From Psilocybe cubensis (Eukaryota): a stretch of DNA of 64,000 bases. The notes below the pieces were generated by a model. The model was not told the origin of the DNA. It searched no databases and worked only from the letters and a program-made list of their open reading frames with translations. How positions within the stretch are numbered: position 1 is the first letter of the stretch; each line of letters starts with the position of its first letter. Shown here one piece after another: positions 24,623 through 37,755 of this stretch. The stretch is taken from positions 310,001 through 374,000 of the forward strand of contig CM039002.1 of the NCBI GenBank assembly GCA_017499595.2. Reading direction: 5' to 3'. The translations under genes and the position numbers were made by a program.

Positions 24623-25869
24623 GCTGGGCCGATGGATTTATTGAGACGGAAGCTATGAGCGCAATGAGCAGGTCGTTCCTTTGGAGAAGAGCGCTTTCGA
24701 CATACTGCGATTAAGAAATTCGCACTTGATTCCGGCTGCAAATACAAGCGCAAGTCAGTCGTCATCCAAAAAATTTCGATCCATCCACCCAATTCCACCG
24801 CTCCAAATGAAACGAAACGACTGTTCATAGGTTCTGGAGATCGTAGAGGGGTGATTTGACGGACTTACAGCACGGATTTTGAGGACGGGTCTTGCAGGGA
24901 GTCTTGACGTTGACGAGCGAGGCGTTCTACTCGCCTCTCAGTGCCCGGTGGCTGTTGATGTGGTTGTGTTTGGCAACGGCTTTACATCACAAGCCCCTAT
25001 CTTCACGCCTGTGGCTTCATACTCTACCTTTGCCACTTTCTCCACACTTCCCAAAGTTCACCTGAGAGTATTGCATTCAATTCTTGAGGATCATAAGCTA
25101 CCTTGATAATTTCATAGATGTTATGGCATCCTCTACCTTTTCAAAACTGCAAACATCTTGACGATTTCGATCATTTCTTCAGAGATTGATGCTCCAATCC
25201 CTTTTATGAATTCCTCCCCACGCGTTGAGATTTGTCTTATATTATAAGGACAAGTGGGACGTCCTGGAGGTTGAAAATTTCTCCAGATTCTCGACCCTCA
25301 CTCCACGTCGTAACCTCTTTCCAGTGGCACTGAGTGGCTACCTTTCGACATCTAGTATAGTAATAAGAACATTACGCTTCTGTATTCATATCGGTTTGAT
25401 AGATTTCAATTCGATTACCTGTTCATTACCTGTGAAGGTACTACTTGAGTTGTCAATGAAACTGTTTGAAAGAGGGATATCTACAAAATCTCAAACTGCT
25501 TTAATATTCACTGTCTCTTCCCCAATTTCGGGAGTGACACCTTTGTTCGTGTTTTAGTTGCTTAAGGATTCACTATATAGCATTGATCAATATTCACTTA
25601 TAAAAAACATACAGTAAGTATTGTGTCTTTCAAAAAGCACTTCATCGAAAAGTCTCTTGCTTTTCACGGCGAAATTCAATCATCACACGAGATACGACTG
25701 TAACAATCACTGGTTCTGCGCAGTGTTCATGATAAATGGAATCATAGACTTAAAATAATATCTGCAAAGCTATGATGCGACACCATCATTTCGCAAGCGC
25801 AATTTCAACGGGAACCGGAGGTGTCAGCTCAATTAGGATCACTTTAACATCTGGAGATCGACATAATTA

Positions 25870-26230
25870 CAGCTATTTTCATATCGATAGGCCCAACCTC
25901 AAAATATATTCATACAGTCGGCCTTGAATTTTTGCGTAACCGAGTTACATAAGGAATGCTCCGATGTTGAGTTTATGTCAAACTATGGTACGATCTGGCA
26001 GCAAAGCGTCGACATGCCTTTCAGTTTGAGAAGGGAATGGCTTTAGGCGTGCTGATAATGTGGTGGTATCGACATTTGTTCTCATAGTTCAACTTTTTGT
26101 AAATACTCATTGACGATTTTGCGAGTTTCCGTGATTTTGCCGTCTTCAAATTTTATGTTCCGCTTAATAAAATTCGTTGTCCGTGTATGTGTAAATTTAG
26201 GGAATAGGTCTATCGATATGAAAATAGCTA
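25870..26230. mobile_element. MITE, 361 bp, TA-flanked
   Basis: TA|CAGCTATTTTCATATCGATAG ... CTATCGATATGAAAATAGCTA|TA; collinear along its length with 52775-53146. Confidence 0.9.
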
Positions 26231-26635
26231 TAACACATAGCGTAATAAGTAGCCACAGCGTTAGTACACGGTTTAACTGGTCGTTTGGGTGCGTGCTCCT
26301 AAGTCTCGACCCAGGTTAGAGTTAATTATTGCCATCACGGTATTTGATTTTGGGTCTAGGTACCCCCCGAACATTAGATTTTCGGAAAACATTATTGGTC
26401 CAAGTCAACAGCCGTCGCGTCGGCCCGACGGGGATTTGTACAATCAGAAGACCGTGATTGGTTCCCGGACCAAACCGGATGGTCACATGACATTGCCAAC
26501 GCTCAAAAAGTTGACGGAAACCCGGCGTTAACTTTCAAAATTTACCTCCACCTCCACCTTCTTGCCCACTCGTCCATTGAGGCGTTTCTCCTGTATTTCC
26601 TTGTATAATCCTCTTTCTTATTCACTTCTATAGAA

Positions 26636-27204
26636 ATGCCTTTCTCTGCTGGTGCGCCTTTACCTCGTTATGGTGAACAACGGTGGCTAACATTGATGAC
26701 GGTGTTCTAGGTGACGCTTCCAAGGGTGCTTCCCTCTTCAAGACCCGCTGCGCTCAGTGCCACACCGTCGGCGCTGGTGAGCCCAACAAAGTCGGCCCCA
26801 ACCTTCACGGGTATGTGTTGCATCCTCCTTTTCTTCGCTAAGACCGTCAGAAATCTCATCCCGACCTTTCCGATGATTAGCATCTTTGGTCGCAAATCCG
26901 GCCAGGTCGAAGGCTTCTCCTACACCGCTGCTAACGTGAACAAGGGTGTTACATGGGACGAGGAGACCCTCTTCGAGTACCTCGAGAACCCCAAAAAGGT
27001 GCGTTGTCTCTGGTGTTGGCAAGAATAATAATACTCATCCCGACTTCGTCAGTACATTCCTGGTACCAAGATGGCCTTTGCTGGCTTGAAGAAGGACAAG
27101 GACAGGAACGACCTCATCACCTGGCTCAAGGAGAACGTATGACGCTCTTCATTACACCCCTCTCCGCTTTTTCTGACGTGTCAATCCAATTGTAGACCGC
27201 CTAA
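26636..27204 (+). CDS. CYC1: Cytochrome c
   Basis: [47 protein letters not shown]...[37 protein letters not shown]; CxxCH haem motif; four introns. Confidence 0.98.
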
Positions 27205-27822
27205 ACCGGACATTACCTTGACCGTTAGACATTATCATGGACCTGCAGCAAAATCCACGCCTAATATATTGTCACTATTTTATCTGATGACTCTAGTTTA
27301 TTCTGTTTGTTTCGTTGCGGCGTAGGTCTACATACATTATACCTAGAGGACCTTCATGTTAGTGTCGACGCGGACTCTTCTCCCCCCTCATTTTGGATAA
27401 TATTATTTCACAAAAACATTTAAAAATCATCATTGCGGAAGTTGCAGGAGCGGAATGAAATTCTACGTCACTTCACTGATGTCATTGCTTTGTCAGCTGA
27501 AGGGTGTCCTTGATTCCGAAAGTCAGCCGCATTTGGTTTGGAGTTGCCTCGAAAAGGTTAAGATAAATACACTCCAGCAGTTGCTTCAGTAACACTGCGA
27601 TGTTCCTGATCTTGAAGAAGAAATCCGGCGCTTATTCTCGGTAGCGAACAGTGGCAAATTGTGTCTTCCTTTCCTCCATGGAGCCGGAGACTTGAGGCGT
27701 TTAAAAGCTTAATTAATACTTGTTCACTTATGCCCATTCCCATCTCAATATTTCAAGCTTCCGCATTTAATGCTTTGTTTATTCAAAGGTATAACTATTA
27801 CAACGCATAGTTTCAGTGATAG

Positions 27823-29646
27823 TCACATTTTATCTAGATTGATCCGTTGGCCATACGTATACCTGACCTGCAGGTTCTCAAACTCATCCAGAAAAGACAG
27901 GTCGCTCATCATCTTGTTCTCAGCTTCGGAATCGACCATGGGTAATGTACATTGGAATATTTTGATCGCTAATCCCCTCATATCCCGCAGATTCAGGAAG
28001 CGCTCGAGGACGACAAAGTCGACGGTGCATATGTCGGACAAGATCAGTGTGTGCAGTTGTGGCATAATGGCGGCCTCGGAGCTGGCCATGACGGTATTGA
28101 GCAGGCTGAGTGTCTCGCCGGAGGCGCGGAGAGTTTCCACTAACGCGAAAGATCGTATAAACTGGACAAATCCCTCGTCTAGCGGGTCGAATACGGCGGG
28201 AGATAGGTATAGAGTGGCGTCGAGCACGCTGATGGATTCTACACCGTAGAGCAGGTGTCTGAGAAGGAAAGACGATATTGGGCCGACTGGATCGTCTTTC
28301 TTGGGAGGTCTGCTGCTGCCTACTCGGAGCTCGAATGTGGTGTTTCCGAGGGCGAATGGGTTGTTAGTCCGACACGGGGTGATGTTATATACGATGTTCA
28401 GGCTGTGCAGGTTGGCTGATATAACGAGAGAGGAAGGGAACAGACTCGAGCAGCATCTACTCAGGTATAACGCAAGAATGCTGAGTGAGCTTTTCGCCAG
28501 CATCTCTGGGCTGTAGATGCTGGCGCTTAGGATCAAGGTACGCAAATAATCGAAGTCGAGATTGATATCCCCCAAGAACCCTAGTACATCCCCCAGTTGT
28601 TGGTTCCCCGTTATTTCCATATGCCGGACTCTGCTCAGGGAGTTCCGGCATGTTGTTACGTTTTCCATATTCACATCTTCAGCTTTTCGATCTTTGGAAG
28701 ACACCAGCTGCCGTCTAACCACCAATTTCTGGAGGTTGATCAACATGGGGTTGTACACCATGTCGATTAACTCTGAAATTTTCAGATTCGTTGGCTGCGA
28801 CCCAGAATCCAGCGTGAGTCTTTGTACAGAAGCTGGAATCCAGCTCAAAGACCCACAATCAAAAGACAGGTTACAATTGAACTCCTTCAGCCTCGGAGCA
28901 CAAGATGAAAACGGGACTCCACTCAAATCTTGTTCACGTTGATGGTCCAACAAATCCTCTCTGCGCACGGGGAACCCGCACACAAACGACTCGAGTAGAG
29001 GCGCCGGACGGAAGAAGAACTCGAAGAGACGCAGATTCTCCTCTGCTCTCCATCCCACCGGCGGGGTATTCAAATTTGTCGCTGTAACATCCCGATCTCG
29101 CAATGTGTTGCTCCGGCACATACTAGAGGACGTAGCGACCAACTCAAGCTTCCGCACGCGGGCCCAGTTCTCTTCGAAGAACGCGCGCATCAACTCAGCC
29201 TTGTTCGGTCGGACAGGGTGCCATCGCACCGTGAGCGGTGCGTCGCCCGTGCGTGCCAGAACCTCCTTCATCCACTGAGTGTTTCCGAGAGATAGCAGAA
29301 AATCAGCGTCGATGGTGTTAGCCCAGAGCGAGTGCGCGCTGAGCGCGGCGGTGCGCCATGCGCGGTTGACCTGCGACGCGGAGCGCAGGCACTCGATCGC
29401 GCGCAGGGGGACGTACACAGCCTGTGCAATCGGCGCGTCGTCGTCCATGTTATTGTTCATCGCGAATATATGGAGGAGGATGTCGTCCGGGATCCTGTGC
29501 ACTGCTGGTGGTATAGGTATAGGTGTAGGTATAGGTATAGGCGTAGGCTTAGGCTCCTCTGCTAGCTGTGTGAGGGGCTCCCATTCGATGTCGTCGATGT
29601 CTGAAAGCGGTTCCCAGGATCTTCGGGACTTTAAAAATTTGAGCAT
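27823..29646 (-). CDS. F-box/LRR-like protein
   Basis: About 607-aa ORF; VHRIPDDILLHIF...ASQVNRAWRTAALSAHSLW...EVLARTGDAPLTV...PAPLLESF; C-terminal MPQLHTLIL. Confidence 0.85.
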   Translation of the reverse strand: MLKFLKSRRSWEPLSDIDDIEWEPLTQLAEEPKPTPIPIPTPIPIPPAVHRIPDDILLHIFAMNNNMDDDAPIAQAVYVPLRAIECLRSASQVNRAWRTAALSAHSLWANTIDADFLLSLGNTQWMKEVLARTGDAPLTVRWHPVRPNKAELMRAFFEENWARVRKLELVATSSSMCRSNTLRDRDVTATNLNTPPVGWRAEENLRLFEFFFRPAPLLESFVCGFPVRREDLLDHQREQDLSGVPFSSCAPRLKEFNCNLSFDCGSLSWIPASVQRLTLDSGSQPTNLKISELIDMVYNPMLINLQKLVVRRQLVSSKDRKAEDVNMENVTTCRNSLSRVRHMEITGNQQLGDVLGFLGDINLDFDYLRTLILSASIYSPEMLAKSSLSILALYLSRCCSSLFPSSLVISANLHSLNIVYNITPCRTNNPFALGNTTFELRVGSSRPPKKDDPVGPISSFLLRHLLYGVESISVLDATLYLSPAVFDPLDEGFVQFIRSFALVETLRASGETLSLLNTVMASSEAAIMPQLHTLILSDICTVDFVVLERFLNLRDMRGLAIKIFQCTLPMVDSEAENKMMSDLSFLDEFENLQVRYTYGQRINLDKM

Positions 29647-30579
29647 GATTCGGATATAGGTTATCGTTGTAGCAACTTGGACTTGTGGGTGTAGCATTAA
29701 ATAAACGAGGTCCCTTTTCTCGGGGCGGGATTTTTATATGTAAATTAATTTTGAGTGGTGGCACCTTCATTGTGTTTAGTGTGCGCCCGCTTTGGGGAGG
29801 ACGCGATGGGCCGCCATGCACCGGGCCACGGCGCTTAATGGCCACACTTACTATTACTAGTCAGGGGTATACATGAAGCGTATTTGGAATTGTGCCATTG
29901 GGTTATTGAACAACGCTGTCGTTCAAGGGAGAATTCCTTACTTTGGATCTGAATGGCGTGTTTTCAGTAATTAAGCGCCCCGGACAGCAAAGCGCGGCAG
30001 CCGCTGTATTTCATGGGAGAGAAAGTACTTGGTCGATTCCCTGTATCCAATTATTTTCTACTTAGGGTGTTGATTGGTCTCGCTGGCAATGTATTGACCT
30101 GAGGAGGTTCAATGTTGAACGTTGAACCTTAACTCACCGATTGTATACTCATCATGATTCCACTTGGCTAAATCTATTTTTCCGGATATAAATATATGTA
30201 GTCTCGAAGTCCTCTTAATCGCCAATTATCCCGTCACCGCGTGGTTCTATACAATTGTGGATCGAGGACGAAGCGTCTGTTCTTGGTATCGTAGTACCAT
30301 TGGAAACCATTGATTGTAGTATATCTCTATTTTGAAGAAGACATGATCAAGGTACCTTGGTGGAAGGTCCTACCTTGGTGGAAGGTCCTACACGCTCTCT
30401 CGTCATTTATGCGACCGATGTCAGATTTTTAGGTTTGATACTGTAATCTGCCAAGTGGCAACGCAGCTTTTCACATTTGGACACGCGTCTTTGTTCTCTT
30501 CTTTACTTACGAGATTAATTGCCTCCAGAATACGCATATAAGCCAGCGCGGTTGAAATGAAGCCCCCAAGAGTATCAAA

Positions 30580-31143
30580 ATGCGCTCTTCGCTCTTCTTG
30601 TACTCCGTTTTTGCATTCGCGTATGCTCTCCTGCTAGCATCTGCATCTGCATCCGTTCCACCCAGGGGAGGGTTCCCGCCAAACTTTGTATGCAACAATC
30701 GCACACGAGGCCCAGATCTCGAAAAGCAGCAGCAAGCAGCACTCGCAGACTTTGCGCATCTGTACGTGGATTTGCAAGACGTGCAGACTGCATTTGATCG
30801 CTGGGTTCCGGGGTGAGTGGAATGAGGTTCAGGGCTTTAGGACCCTGTGTTGACGAGGCTACGCAGCGAGTACATCCAACACAATCCGAATGCTGGCCAA
30901 GGTCGCGATGCTGCGATTGCATTCTTGACAGCGGGATTTGCTGACCCGCAGGTCACGTCCACGAACAAAACCGTCTTTGGAGGACAGGGATTTGGCGCGG
31001 TGCACTTTAAGCTTTCGGTCAACCCGCAGACGGTGTTTGCTGTGGTGGATTATTTCCGATTCCAAGGAACGTGCATCGTAGAGCATTGGGACGTCCTGCA
31101 GCAGATATTTGGGAACGAGACGAATCCGATAGCATTTTTCTAG
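30580..31143 (+). CDS. Secreted SnoaL/NTF2-like protein
   Basis: Signal peptide; one intron (about 30813-30867); EYIQHNP...GRDAAIAFL...VDYFRFQGTCIVEHWDVLQ. Confidence 0.85.
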
Positions 31144-31556
31144 GTTTTCATATTTCAAACCGGTGATTGCTGGAGTCTGTACTTACATGTAGCCATTCGT
31201 TGCAAAGGCGGATGTTGGGTCCTTTTCTGTCCAAGTCGTTTGTATGTCATCCATAATAATAGCGCACACCAGATCAGATTCATCGCGAGAGGAATCTGGA
31301 AGGAACTAGGCAAAGGCCCGCTGCAATGGGAAACGAAAGTTGAACGAAAGGCATGGAAAAACGAACGAGCACCAGGTCACGTGCGCTTCAATGATCAAGC
31401 TCCGCTCGGACGCTGTGTTTTTGGTTATACTTCTATCTTCTAAACCATTACATCTAAACCTTTTCACAGCCTAGGGCATCTTATCTCTACCCGGAATCAT
31501 CTAGATCGATTAAAAACCGTTAAAACTGTAGATTTCGAACACGAAACAATCACATC

Positions 31557-32164
31557 ATGCAAACAGCTGCCAGATTCCGTCCATCGACTTCCGCTCCTGG
31601 AGATGGTTCACGTACCCAAACGATTACCCGCGATCCTACACGAGAAGAGGATGACTACGAGGGAGAACGGGACGAAGACAAGGAAGAAGGTGGAAGTGGT
31701 AGCAATGTGGTGGGCTCTTTGAGGCTTAGGGGTGGACCCAAGAAGAAGAGCCGACAGCGGGTTGCCTGGGGAGAGGAGGTTATAGACAACGAAGGCTGCG
31801 GAAAAAAGAAATCAAAAAGTGCGCCTTTTCTTCCACTGTTATATGTAACCACTGAGTCAAGTTCGGATTGCAATTTCTTGGGGGTATAGTTTGTTGTATC
31901 TACCACAAACCACGCCGATTTGACGAGTCGTCGGACGAATCTGATTCATCTGATTCTGATTCTGACCATGACCACTCTTCTCATAATCATAATCATCACC
32001 ACAACCACAATCATGAACATCAACCGAACGGGGGTTCCAGTACGAATGGCCAGCAGTCCCATTCCTCAGTGGTGCACGAGCTGGAGCATCCTGAATATGA
32101 ACCCAATGCGTATGAGAAGCAGCCCAAGAGCAATGGGAAGCGTAGAGAAGGTACGTTTCGTTGA
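31557..32164 (+). CDS. YPI1: Protein phosphatase 1 inhibitor-3 (Ypi1/PPP1R11 family)
   Basis: GSLRLRG, PP1-docking RVAW, VIDNEGCGKKKSK/CCIYHKPRRFDESS, PNAYEKQP; one intron. Confidence 0.92.
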
Positions 32165-33501
32165 ATGTCTATGGGACCTTGAAGGCTGATGCAGGTTTCA
32201 GTATGATTTGACTCATTTCTTGGATACCACGACACTTTCCACTGTACGCAGCTATACATTATATCGGTCTCTCTTCGCGAATAGAAGCATATTTTACGCA
32301 TCCCATAATCCATTAATGTTTCAATGCCTTAGGTGACTATGTTCGCTCTTTCGGTCCAATCATCACCGCATTTTCTTGCTATGGCAATCTAGTACCAAGC
32401 CTGAACTCCATATACGTATACACAGATTCAATTCAAGTGAGTCAATCTTCGTCATTCTCATAGGATTGACAAGATTCTTCTTTTAATCTTCCCCCGCCAA
32501 CCGTTCGGAACTTTAATTAACGTCCCAAAATCATACTTCCCAGTAACTTTCAAGCCTATGCCTTACGAGTAGTGTCAATAAATCTGCCCGGTGTGTTGTT
32601 GTTATCTTCATTTTCATGGCGACATAGCGGTCGTCAAAGAATGGCCTAACACATTTGAACAGATGATCTAAATGCACCGTCTTGAACATCTATCAGCATC
32701 GATGTGCATTGATTACAATCCGGTTCCACATTCCATATTAACGCTCTCTGTAATACAGTCATAAACGTCGGATATTAAAGAAATCACGTCGATCTCACCC
32801 CTTTCCATCGGTCACACAATCGCATTTTGAACTGCATCCTCATGACATGATCGATGCGAACATGGACAACGACTCTCCCTCTATCATCATTGTATCCCCC
32901 TAACCTTTACAGAGGTTCAATCAAACTTCCTCGAGTAAGTCGATAGCGTCGCCTGCAATACACAAAGTTTTTTTTGAGGGTCTTATCATCTGTCCATTTA
33001 CCATGACCCGCCTCTGGCCTTTTAAATATCTGGTTTGCTACATGATATTTGGCGGAAATACTGACTTGACCGGCTTTTATCTACGCTAAGTTCTGGATTC
33101 CGGTCGTAGGTCATTGTTATACGCGTACCGGGGCATACGGAATGAAGTATGGTTTTAATTGACAATATGTAGATTATTCAAAGCTGTCTCACTGCCCTCA
33201 TTTCGATTTTAGAGCTCTTTGCAGTGTTTGTACAGGTGAATTCAATGACCTCGTTTTCCCGCCCTGCGGCAAGCTCACTCGGCTTAACAACCCGAAGATT
33301 TTGTGCACGGCTTTTGTTCTAGATCTACAACGCTCTCGCTCCATAGAAATGCGCCAAAATTTTCGGATCTCTACGGCCCCTATAAATAATCTGATAAGAT
33401 CATGCGCACATGTTGCTGACTGAACATTGCAATTTGAAAAAGACATAGACGGAGCGTTAGTTTTTCATAATCATCCTCTTTCCACCATCAACCCTGCGGA
33501 G

Positions 33502-35027
33502 ATGTCTCAGCTAGGAGCTGCTCATTTTCTGTCACTCCCTCGTCCTGATATCTTCATTGGGCCCCCAGTAGGCGTTCCAGATACCACTACTCTTGCTGCA
33601 CATGATTTCGATGTGGACACTCGGACCGGGTTTATGCCACCTCAAATGCCTCTGAGACGTCTTTCCGCTGACTGGGAACAATGGGAATTAACGTTAGAGG
33701 ATGCCATATCAAGCCGATTGCAATTGGGTGATAGGTCATTTATCGAGGAAGTTGATAAAGAAAAATCAAGATCGTGGAGAGATCGTGTCCGAGAGGTGCG
33801 CTACATTGTACTGCTTCGATGAACATCTTTAATGATTTTACATAGCTACCAATTCTTTCAATAGAAGGATTAAAATCTTCAGAAACTACACTCCGAAGAG
33901 CACATCTGGTGTTAGCGTGGATAATGCATTTCTACGTCCATTCACTTCCTGTGTCGGAGCCTGTGCGGATACCCCCGTCGATTACACTTCCTCTACTCCA
34001 AGTTTCGGCTCAGCTTCAACTCCCTCCTGTTTTGACATACTCCGACGATGTCCTTTATAATTGGTTTCTCGAATCCTCTCAAGTCGATGAACTTCCTACT
34101 GAAACAACAATTAAATGTCAAACTTCGTTTACTTCCACTAACGATGAAGCCGAATTCTACCTGACATCCGCGCGTATGGAACTTGCCGGAGTGGATGCCC
34201 TCGAACTGATGCGGTCAACAATGGACGAAGCCTTCGTAGGCGACGATATCGCTATCCGACGAATAACTGATTACCTTTGCCAACTGGTGGACGTTATCCA
34301 TCGTCTGCGGGCCATGCTGCTCGATGTAAAAAAGGGCTGCGATCCACAGGTCTTCTACCATGACGTGCGACCATGGTTTCGCGGGGAGGATTCCCAAAGT
34401 GGACGAAAATGGGTTTTTGAAGGGATTGAACAGGATCCCACTCTCGCAGAGCCTACAGAGCTTTCGGGTCCTAGTGCAGGCCAGAGTTCTTTGATTCACG
34501 CTCTTGACATCTTCCTCGGCGTGGATCAGTATTCGCACGAACGAAGCCTTACTGGACACACTGTCGACGAAGCTCAGGCTACCACGGCGGCGCAGAAATC
34601 GGCCTTTTTGGAGCGTATGCAACTGTACATGCCCCGCCACCACCGTACTTTCCTGAACCACCTTTCAAACAATCCTCGACCATTACGCGCTCTTGTATTC
34701 GACGCTGCTACCTCTCCTGAATCTTCCAAAGGAGGTACCTCTGTCCTTGAGGCTTACAACGCGGCCGTTATGGCACTAAAGGAGTTCCGCGATGCACACA
34801 TGATAATTGTGGCTCTATATATCATCGCACCGGCTCGTCTTTATGAAGCAGAAGTTAAATCACGCTCCTCTGTTACACAACCTCCCACTCGACCCGGCTC
34901 GGAATCCGAGTACGTTACTGAAAAGCATTCAGATAACGAGCCTTTGAAGGGTACAGGTGGTACCGACCTTGTACGTTTCTTAAAAGGAGTACGCGATCAG
35001 ACGAAGGGTGCGTTAATGACCCTTTGA
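33502..35027 (+). CDS. Indoleamine 2,3-dioxygenase (BNA2/IDO family)
   Basis: GFMPPQMPLRRL; intron about 33796-33845; RAHLVLAWIMHFY, PPVLTYSDDVLYNW, FYHDVRPWF, GPSAGQSSLIHALDIFLGV, YMPRHHR, proximal His in FRDAH, GTGGT loop. Confidence 0.93.
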
Positions 35028-36861
35028 AATATCTATGCATAAAGCCGTGTATAATTATTTATTTGTATTCGTTGTATTTGTCTTCTCCATCCAGTATACC
35101 ATTAGACACGGATGAATAGACACAGGATTTCTATTGCTTGATTGATATCTATTTCTCTGATCTATCTAGTAGGTTATTTACTTTTATCTCATCATTGTGG
35201 ATTCCAACACATAGTACATCACAACTTCTCTAAACACTGCTGTTCTAATTATATGATTCGCTGAGTTATTTGGGGATTGCCGATAAATCGTCCTTCGAAA
35301 GATAATTAAAGTCTCACAGTACCTGGTGGTGCAACGTGGAATTAGTCCCGTCTTTGAGAACCTTCGCCTTGCATCATTCACAGCAGCTTTACCTGATACC
35401 CGTTCTCAAATTATCCTCCATTTGCTGACAGAATTTTCCGAATTGAAGCCCTTTGGTCGCTGGTGCTCTATACAATCGTCGTTGTCCCAGATAGCATGAT
35501 AGCGGGGTTTTATTGCATTCGCAAAATTATCTGTAACTCAGTGTACTATGTGCACGTTTGCCCAGCATACGGGCCCGGGGCCAAGAGTAACACCGAGTTG
35601 CCGATTTAAAGCGCTTAAATGACTCCCGTTTTGACCCAACAATGCGTGCGATGCAGACTTGGACGATTATCTCATTCTGAGTCATTTATCGAGCTCATTC
35701 TCACGCGACAGGCGGCGTGTAATTATACCAATGGTGCTCTCACACGGGGCAAAGGGTAGATAACCTCTGTACGTATCATGATTCATCCCGACTCAACAGA
35801 CAATGCGCTCATCACCATTGTGCGCTATTTTTAGGACGGAAGGAAGCGTAGAAAGTACATTGCCCGAAACATAGTTTTTCATAGTTCAGACCCTTATTAG
35901 GCACTCCCTTTATACGATGATCAGTAAGTATTTTAGTTTATATACTTCCGGATAAAGCTTTGGGGTATACCACCGGTTTTTGAACTTTGCGACACTTCTA
36001 TCGTCCAAGAAATGGGGCACAAGTAGCCAAGTACACTTGGAAGCGCTGGGACATGGAAATAGACCTGTCAGTAGCTACATCGAGTTGCGCTTCAACTCCG
36101 TCTACCATGGCTTTTCTCTATAAGCTAACGCTCTGGATGATCATGGGATGACTTATATATACGTAATGCTAGCGAACTGCAGTTGGCCTTCTCGCCGATA
36201 AACTCCATCTTATTGGTTATTCTAGCAAGGTGCGTAGCGGGCACAGCACAGTCATATACTTAGCTGGAATAAGTCCTTGATACACATCACACATAAAGGT
36301 AGACGTCAAGTCGTGATCATTGTTGGTAGGAAGTGTGAACATCGAAGCTAGTTCGAGAGTAATGATACTTGTACACGGAGAAGTTGCGAATAGTACGAAG
36401 AAGTGAATAATGATAGTAATGCACAGTAATTACTAGTGAAGCCCGAAGACTAGAGTATTGGGTATTTGGATGCGATTGGTGAACGAAATTCGAAAGCTGG
36501 GATAATGATGATGGCACAGAATGAGTGGATGATGAGATTGATGATGATTAGATTGTGAAATGCATTGTGGAGGATCGAAGGTAGAAAAGTGGAGTGTTGA
36601 TGTGAAAGGGCCCACGTCACCAGACGAGGGAGAAAAATCGTGAATGAGCCAATCGTGGGCAGCGTTAAAAGAGGCAATAGCCACAGTGAGGATATCGAAA
36701 GAAAGCGTCGAATGATGAAATCGTGCAAGTCGTATGTGTTGTGAATATATGATGCAGGAGGTTGCGACGTTCCACGCCGCGGGTATGTGGATGCAGTTTT
36801 GAGGTGAATGGATGCAACTGGTGGTACAATGTGGAGTAACTTCGTCGATCTCGTCTAATGT

Positions 36862-37755
36862 TCATCCATAGTACACCCTGTACATTCGTATGCATTGTAA
36901 GCAAAACTCCACAAAAATGAAAGACGGAACTAGACTGACCCTCGCGAGGTGGTGCAAATGGGTTTAAAATCGGTGCGACCGCTTTCAACGAAATGTGAAA
37001 GTGTTTGGCACCAATCGTCACGGATGTCCCAAGCAATTTTTGAGGGAGGGTCAACTTCGACAGGCATCACTTGCGATGTGCTTCCACATTGAATGATGAC
37101 GACAAGAGTGCCAATGCCGCCGTTTTGTCGGCAGCGTTCTTCGCGCCGCTGAATGTCAGCAATGACAAGAGGATCGCGAATGTAGGTCCGGGGAACTACA
37201 TGAGTCGATGAAATGGAGAATCTAGGAACGTGGAATGATGAATACTCGGGATCGGTGGGGCATTACGGATACTGCTTACCGACGATTTGAGTCGGCATGA
37301 CTGTTATAGGTCAAGTCGATGAGTAATGCATTCTGCCTGACATTGGCGGGAACACGTTTGAGTTGAAGGGCTTGGAAGCCTGCCCATCCAAGAAGCGCGC
37401 AGTGGGTGGAAGTAAATTTGCGCAGGTATTTTGTGATGTTCTCATCTGGGTGAGCAGCATTGCTCGCTGCCTGTTTGACCTGGGAGGCGGTATGCTGGCA
37501 AATAGCTCTGTGCGAAGGCCAGTGGACCTTTTGGCAATCTTGTGAGCAATATTGTGTAGTCATCTATGTTCCGGGCGTTAATCAAGTTGTTGAGAACCAA
37601 GGTATTTCACGTACGCATCCCCCGCATAGTCTAAATTTTACAGCTGGAGTTTCGACCGTCCCACACTGGTCGCAAATCCTGTATCCTCTCTGGCGTTGAG
37701 AATGAAGTGGGGCCGAGTTGTAGTTGGCGGCGGCGGGTTGGGAGTAGTAGCTCAT
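36862..37755 (-). CDS. MYND-type zinc finger protein
   Basis: Spliced: ICDQCG...FRLCGGC/MTTQYCSQDCQKVHWPSHRAIC; three introns; ends VYYG*. Confidence 0.88.

Noticed and set aside
24850-25560. Coding-looking minus-strand sequence upstream of RPS10
   Set aside because: Multiple stops and no family I can recognise; it may be a relic but I cannot support a call.
30353-30388. 18-bp perfect tandem duplication TACCTTGGTGGAAGGTCC
   Set aside because: Isolated slippage-type duplication with no associated structure.
31960-32022. His/Asn repeat tract
   Set aside because: Ordinary low-complexity segment within Ypi1.
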